64,000 bases of DNA from Minisyncoccota bacterium (GTDB taxonomy: Bacteria > Patescibacteriota > Minisyncoccia > Phycocordibacterales > GWA1-40-21), in assembly GCA_041664585.1 (NCBI GenBank), contig JBAYKL010000004.1, positions 19,775 through 83,774 of the forward strand. Reading direction: 5' to 3'. The notes beneath the pieces were generated by a model that was not told the origin of the DNA, ran no database searches, and was given only the letters and a program-made list of their open reading frames with translations. Positions 59,092-64,000 of this stretch are shown piece after piece. Each line of letters starts with the position of its first letter. Position 1 is the stretch's first letter. A program made the translations under genes and the position numbers.

Positions 59092-59511
59092 ATGCAGGCT
59101 AGGATTGCTAAGTTTAGTGCTTATTGGGATACAGAGGGGTTCAGACCAGATTTGGCCGTCACGAATGTCACTAGATTCTTGGTCGGCTGTGAAATTGTCG
59201 TCTTACCTTGCGGAGCTTTGTTTTTAAGCAAGGGAGTTGGTAATAAATATCCGACTTCGATTTTCCAGATAGACCTTAGCATCGAGACAAACGAGACTTT
59301 CTTTACGAGGTTTAGCGATATCGTCACTTTTGACGATGGCGGTTTTTTTACCTCATGCAAATCTTACAGCATCGGTGGTGTGGAGGCTGTAATTTATGGA
59401 GTGGATGGGGATTATCGTATGTTCGCAAATCGCTACGGCCATTTGTGTATCAAGAAAGTCCCAGGGGATCCAGGGGAGATAATGTTCAAACCAGATTTCC
59501 CAGTCACTTAA
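59092..59511 (+). CDS. Hypothetical protein
   Basis: TTGACA-N16-TAGTGT promoter, SD AGGAGG, terminator at about 59518-59549. Confidence 0.65.
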   Translation: MQARIAKFSAYWDTEGFRPDLAVTNVTRFLVGCEIVVLPCGALFLSKGVGNKYPTSIFQIDLSIETNETFFTRFSDIVTFDDGGFFTSCKSYSIGGVEAVIYGVDGDYRMFANRYGHLCIKKVPGDPGEIMFKPDFPVT

Positions 59512-59575
59512 TTTTGTAAGGCGGCCGTGAATTTCACGGCTGTTTTTTTATGCCATTTTTTGCTATATTGAGTAT

Positions 59576-60844
59576 ATGAATTATAAAAGAAAAGTTTTAA
59601 AAAATGGTTTAAGAATTATCACTGTTCCGATGAGAGAAAATCCTACAGCGACTGTGCTTGTGCTTGTAGAGGCTGGATCTAAGTATGAGAACAAAGAGAA
59701 TAATGGGCTTTCTCATTTCTTGGAGCACATGTGTTTTAAGGGTACTGTAAAAAGACCTTCATCAGCCACAATAACAAAAGAATTAGACGGTATCGGGGCG
59801 CATTACAATGCTTTTACTTCACAAGAATTTACTGGATATTTTGCGAAAGCAGATTATAAGAATTTAGACAAAATACTAGATGTTGTTTCGGATATGTATT
59901 TGAACCCGGTTTTTGATGAGAAAGAGATAGAAAAAGAGAAGGGGGTTATTATTGAGGAGATAAATATGTACAAAGATTTACCCCAAGCAACCGTTCAAGA
60001 AGAGTTTGCTAAACTATTGTATGGGGATGTTCCAGCTGGTTGGACTATTGCAGGGCCTAAGGAAAACATCCTTAAGATGAGACGTACAGATTTTATTGAT
60101 TATAGAAATAAACACTATGTTGCAAGTGCTACTACAGTGATAGTCGCAGGAAAATTTGATGATAAAACAATTACTAAGAAAATATCGAAGGCTTTTGCTG
60201 ATATAGGTAAGTGGAAGAAAGGGGAGAAAAAGAAAGTCGTAGAGTCACAAAAAGAACCACAAGCATCTTTATACTATAAAGATACAGATCAAACACACAT
60301 GGTTATTGGGGTTCGTGCCTTTGACACATATAGTAAATACAATTCAGTACTGAATATCATTCAAGGAATTTTGTCTGGAGGATTAAGTTCTCGTCTTTTC
60401 CAGAAAATGAGAGATGAGATGGGTATTTGCTATTATGTCAGAGCAGAGAAAGATGCATCTACAGATCATGGAAATTTTTCTGTTTCAGCTGGAGTTGACA
60501 GCAAAAGAGTGAAGGACGCTATAACTGCGATAATAGATGAGTTTAAGAAGCTAAAGACAGAATTAGTAGGGGAAGAAGAGCTTAATAAAGTAAAACAATA
60601 TTTAATTGGTAGCATGCGTCTAGGATTAGAATCCTCAGATGATATTGCAGGATTCTTTGGTCACCAGGAAATTCTTAGGAAACCTATTAAAAATACAGAG
60701 GATATTATAAAAGAGATAAAAGCAGTAAAAGCAGAGGATATCAAATATTTGGCTGAGAAAATCTTTAGAAATGAAAGTTTAAATCTTTCTATTGTAGGTA
60801 AATTTAAGGAAAAACAGGAATTTATTAACATTCTCAAATTTTAG
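59576..60844 (+). CDS. M16 (pitrilysin) family zinc peptidase
   Basis: HFLEHMCFKGT, NAFT, SSRLF. Confidence 0.95.
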   Translation: MNYKRKVLKNGLRIITVPMRENPTATVLVLVEAGSKYENKENNGLSHFLEHMCFKGTVKRPSSATITKELDGIGAHYNAFTSQEFTGYFAKADYKNLDKILDVVSDMYLNPVFDEKEIEKEKGVIIEEINMYKDLPQATVQEEFAKLLYGDVPAGWTIAGPKENILKMRRTDFIDYRNKHYVASATTVIVAGKFDDKTITKKISKAFADIGKWKKGEKKKVVESQKEPQASLYYKDTDQTHMVIGVRAFDTYSKYNSVLNIIQGILSGGLSSRLFQKMRDEMGICYYVRAEKDASTDHGNFSVSAGVDSKRVKDAITAIIDEFKKLKTELVGEEELNKVKQYLIGSMRLGLESSDDIAGFFGHQEILRKPIKNTEDIIKEIKAVKAEDIKYLAEKIFRNESLNLSIVGKFKEKQEFINILKF

Positions 60845-60891
60845 TCAAATCGGGATTGCAATTTATAAAATCTTGTGCTAATCTTACGCCC

Positions 60892-61407
60892 ATGAGTAAA
60901 AAGTCAATAAATCCAAAAATAGAAGGAGAAAAGGTATATGAAGTAGGATATCATATCATTTCTACTGTAGCGGAAGAGGGTATATCAGCTGAAGTTGATA
61001 AGATCAAAGCTATTCTTAGCAAAGAAAAGGCCGTTGTTATATCTGAAGAAACTCCTAAATTAAGACCTTTAGCATATAAAATCAAAAAAGCTTTCGGTGG
61101 ACAATACAAAACCTTCGAAAAAGCTTATTTCGGTTGGGTAAAGTTTGCTTTAAATGAAGGTGCAGATATTGCAAATATTGATAGCGCGTTGAAGGCAAGT
61201 GATACGGTTCTTAGATATATTTTGGTAAAAACTACTAAAGAAAACACCATGTACTCTCCAAAGATTACTGTTTTCTCAGATAAGGAGAGCAAGATTAAAG
61301 TTCTTACACACAAAGAACCAAAAGAAGCTAAGTCTGCTTCTATTGAAGAAATTGATAAATCTATAGACGAACTCGTCTCAGATTCAGAAGAAGAAGTTAA
61401 AATTTAA
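60892..61407 (+). CDS. rpsF: 30S ribosomal protein S6
   Basis: YEVGY, LAYKIKK, LRYILVK; rpsF-ssb-rpsR order; start set to MSKKS. Confidence 0.9.
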   Translation: MSKKSINPKIEGEKVYEVGYHIISTVAEEGISAEVDKIKAILSKEKAVVISEETPKLRPLAYKIKKAFGGQYKTFEKAYFGWVKFALNEGADIANIDSALKASDTVLRYILVKTTKENTMYSPKITVFSDKESKIKVLTHKEPKEAKSASIEEIDKSIDELVSDSEEEVKI

Positions 61408-61419
61408 TTAATATAAAAT

Positions 61420-61875
61420 ATGAATTTAAACAGAGCTCTGATTTTTGGTAATTTAACAAAAGATCCGGAATTGAAATCACTTCCTTCTGGAACAAAAGTT
61501 ACTTCTTTTGGTGTTGCCACAAATAGAACCTGGAAAGATAAAAATGGTGCGAAGCAAGAAGAGGTTACATTTCACAACGTAGTTGCGTTTGGAAAACAAG
61601 CTGAAGTTCTCGCTCAGTACATGAAGAAAGGGAAGAGTATCTTCGTAGAAGGAAGAATTACCAACAGATCTTGGGATGACAAGGATGGAACAAAGAAATA
61701 CAGATCAGAAATAACTCTTGAGAATTTCCAATTTGGTCCTAGTGCTCCTGGTGCTGGAGGATATCAGGCAGATGGTGGAAGTAAAGAAGCCTCACCTTCA
61801 AAAAGCAAAGCTCCAGAGATGGACACAATAGAGTACCCAACAGAAGAGATAAACCCAGAAGATATACCTTTTTAA
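61420..61875 (+). CDS. ssb: Single-stranded DNA-binding protein
   Basis: GNLTKDPE, VEGRI, C-terminal EDIPF. Confidence 0.98.
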   Translation: MNLNRALIFGNLTKDPELKSLPSGTKVTSFGVATNRTWKDKNGAKQEEVTFHNVVAFGKQAEVLAQYMKKGKSIFVEGRITNRSWDDKDGTKKYRSEITLENFQFGPSAPGAGGYQADGGSKEASPSKSKAPEMDTIEYPTEEINPEDIPF

Positions 61876-61894
61876 AAAATAAAATATAAATCAA

Positions 61895-62095
61895 ATGAAA
61901 CAGTGTTTTTTTTCACAAAATAATATAGAACAAATAGACTACAAAGATGTAGAGCTTCTTAAGAAGTTCCTTAATCCTCACGCAAGAGTACAAGGAAAGA
62001 AGAAGACTTACGTTTGTGCTAAGAGCCAAAGACAGCTTTCTCAAGCTGTTAAGAGAGCAAGATATATGGCCCTTTTGCCTTATATCGCTAGATAG
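61895..62095 (+). CDS. rpsR: 30S ribosomal protein S18
   Basis: IDYKDVELLKKF, QRQLSQAVKRARYMALLPY. Confidence 0.97.
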   Translation: MKQCFFSQNNIEQIDYKDVELLKKFLNPHARVQGKKKTYVCAKSQRQLSQAVKRARYMALLPYIAR

Positions 62096-62128
62096 TTTTA
62101 AGTGGGGTTAATTTAATTATAGAAATCT

Positions 62129-62701
62129 ATGGGAATGCTAGAATACAGTGATATTGTAGAGAGAAAGGTTATTGTATATGAGGGACAACCTCTAGAAGTT
62201 TTGAGTTCCCATGTTTTCAGAAAACAACAGAGAAAACCAGTAAATGCTACTAAATTAAGAAATATGATGACTGGTAAGATTACAGAAATCTCTTTCCACC
62301 AATCAGAAAAAGTAGAGGAAGCTGATATTCAATACAAAGATGCAAAGTTTATGTATAAGAATAAGGGTGAATTTTGGTTCTGTGATCCTACAAACCCAGC
62401 GAACAGATTTGAATTAGATGAAGATCTTATCGGTACTCCAGCCAAATTTATGAAAGTGAATTCTTTGGTTGAGACAATGATTTTTGATGAAAAAGTTATC
62501 GGCGTGAAGCTTCCTATAAAGGTTGAGCTCAAAGTTACAGAAGCTCCTCCTGCAGTAAAAGGGGATACATCAACAGGCGGTAACAAACAGATTACTCTAG
62601 AAAGCGGTGCTGTTATAAACGCTCCATTGTTTATAAAAGAAGGTGAACTTATTTCAGTAAATACAACAACAGGGGAATATTGCGGAAGAGTAAATAACTA
62701 A
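62129..62701 (+). CDS. efp: Elongation factor P
   Basis: PPAVKGDT, LESG, PLFI..GE, TGEY..R. Confidence 0.93.
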   Translation: MGMLEYSDIVERKVIVYEGQPLEVLSSHVFRKQQRKPVNATKLRNMMTGKITEISFHQSEKVEEADIQYKDAKFMYKNKGEFWFCDPTNPANRFELDEDLIGTPAKFMKVNSLVETMIFDEKVIGVKLPIKVELKVTEAPPAVKGDTSTGGNKQITLESGAVINAPLFIKEGELISVNTTTGEYCGRVNN

Positions 62702-62705
62702 ATTT

Positions 62706-62752
62706 ATATAACAAAAAAGAGGTTCGCAATGCGAACCTCTTTTTTGTTATAT
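62706..62752. terminator. Bidirectional terminator
   Basis: 22-bp perfect arms ATATAACAAAAAAGAGGTTCGC-AAT-GCGAACCTCTTTTTTGTTATAT. Confidence 0.9.
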
Positions 62753-63835
62753 TTATATTTCTTTCAACTTCTCTCTAATCACTTTAAGTATCTCATCAGA
62801 TACTTTTGTATTTTCTTTCAAGAATGTCCTCGCTGAATCATATCCTCTCCCTATTTTTTCTCCGTTATATTCATATGAAGATCCAGATTTTTTGACTATA
62901 CCCATTTTCTCTCCAAGAGCGAGCATTTCTCCTTCTCTTGAGATACCTTCATTGTACATGAGGTCAAATTCTGTTTGTTTGAAAGGCGCTGCAACTTTAT
63001 TTTTAACCACTTTTACTCTTACACGTCCTCCCATTATTTCTTCGCCTTTTTTAATTTGAGCAATTCTTCTTATATCAAGTCTTACAGATGTATAGAATTT
63101 CAAAGCTTTTCCTCCTGGAGTTGTTTCTGGGTTACCAAACATTACACCAATCTGCATTCTGATTTGGTTTATGAAAATTACAACGGTTTTAGACTTCGCG
63201 ACGATGGCGGTAAGTTTCCTAAGAGCTTGAGACATAAGTCTGGCTTGTTTACCTACATGATATGCTCCCATATCTCCTTCAATTTCATCTTTTGGTGTAA
63301 GTGCCGCTACAGAGTCTATGACAATAACATCCATTTTTCCAGAGCGTACAAGGCTGTCTACGATGTCTAAAGCTTGCTCACCTGTATCAGGCTGTGAGAT
63401 TAAAAGCTCTTCAATTTTGACTCCAAGCTTTCTTGCATATTCAGGGTCCATGGCATGTTCTGCGTCAATGTAGGCGCAAATACCATCTAATTTTTGGGCT
63501 TCTGCTACTGCGTGGAGTGCGAGGGTTGTTTTACCAGAAGATTCTGGTCCAAATATTTCGATGATCCTTCCACGAGGGAAGCCACCTACTCCGAGAGCGG
63601 CATCTAAACCAAGAGAACCAGTAGAAATTGAATTTATATTTACTTTTGGTTTGTCTCCAAGCATCATAATAGCTTCATCACCAAATTTGGTTTTGATAGC
63701 TTGCATGGCATCTTCTAGCTTGTTCATGCTTGTTTTGTGAGATTTTGCCTTTGCGGAATCTGTTTCCTCGACAGACATTTCTGTGTCTAATTCGGTATCT
63801 TCCACAACTTTTTTACCCTTTGTTTTTTTAGCCAT
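62753..63835 (-). CDS. recA: Recombinase RecA
   Basis: [38 protein letters not shown]. Confidence 0.99.
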   Translation of the reverse strand: MAKKTKGKKVVEDTELDTEMSVEETDSAKAKSHKTSMNKLEDAMQAIKTKFGDEAIMMLGDKPKVNINSISTGSLGLDAALGVGGFPRGRIIEIFGPESSGKTTLALHAVAEAQKLDGICAYIDAEHAMDPEYARKLGVKIEELLISQPDTGEQALDIVDSLVRSGKMDVIVIDSVAALTPKDEIEGDMGAYHVGKQARLMSQALRKLTAIVAKSKTVVIFINQIRMQIGVMFGNPETTPGGKALKFYTSVRLDIRRIAQIKKGEEIMGGRVRVKVVKNKVAAPFKQTEFDLMYNEGISREGEMLALGEKMGIVKKSGSSYEYNGEKIGRGYDSARTFLKENTKVSDEILKVIREKLKEI

Positions 63836-63879
63836 TTTATTAATAATTAAACTTTTAATATATACGGATTATATCATTT

Positions 63880-63999
63880 TTATTTATAAATCACCTCAAG
63901 CGTTTTTTGTGTGTTTCTTCCAAATTTATCATTTGCCTTTAGTGTGAGGACATTATATCCATAGGAGAGAAGCATTTCTTCACTGAAATTTCCTTTTTC
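63880..63999 (-). CDS. 3' end of an Ig-like beta-rich hypothetical protein (truncated by window edge)
   Basis: Translated by hand: EKGNFSEEMLLSYGYNVLTLKANDKFGRNTQKTLEVIYK*. Confidence 0.6.
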   Translation of the reverse strand, partial: EKGNFSEEMLLSYGYNVLTLKANDKFGRNTQKTLEVIYK

Positions 64000-64000
64000 G

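Noticed and set aside
61895-62129. No rplI after rpsR as loss of bL9
   Set aside because: rplI is often unlinked from rpsF-ssb-rpsR, so this is not informative
343-63370. Many 60-170 aa antisense or alternative-frame ORFs in the track (e.g. 343-666, 19608-20018, 26592-27113, 38119-38583, 55752-56255)
   Set aside because: They overlap confident genes, lack motifs and have shadow-frame composition
1-64000. Alternative genetic code (TGA=Gly)
   Set aside because: Conserved genes are full length in code 11 and tyrS ends in TGA overlapping the ruvC ATG

Overview
AT-rich, gene-dense chromosomal segment read in standard code 11 (tyrS ends in TGA). It spans the replication origin of what looks like a Patescibacteria/CPR bacterium, most consistent with Parcubacteria: rplK without rplA, trigger factor without its PPIase domain, alpha2-type GlyRS, IleRS with an inserted domain, two PilB ATPases. 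Core content: jag-yidC-(2H protein)-rnpA-rpmH / dnaA-oriC-dnaN, PBP1A, five aminoacyl-tRNA synthetases, ruvB/ruvC/yebC, polA, tig, nusA, secE-nusG-rplK, a dTTP/folate cluster, recO, rpsF-ssb-rpsR-efp and recA. Best candidates for novelty: (1) three large secreted Cys-rich LamG proteins near type IV pilus genes. Two are mosaic paralogues with divergent lectin tips, one of them behind a promoter with a G8 tract. The third joins a phage gp38-like polyglycine domain to an unusual CxCGD repeat. (2) An unannotated ~170-nt structured RNA with 6S-like architecture between ruvB and pilB. (3) Many apparently leaderless core genes, contrasting with self-contained SD-led orphan cassettes. No rRNA, tRNA, CRISPR array, transposase, integrase or reverse transcriptase was recognised. 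All calls come from reading motifs by eye; no database search was run.
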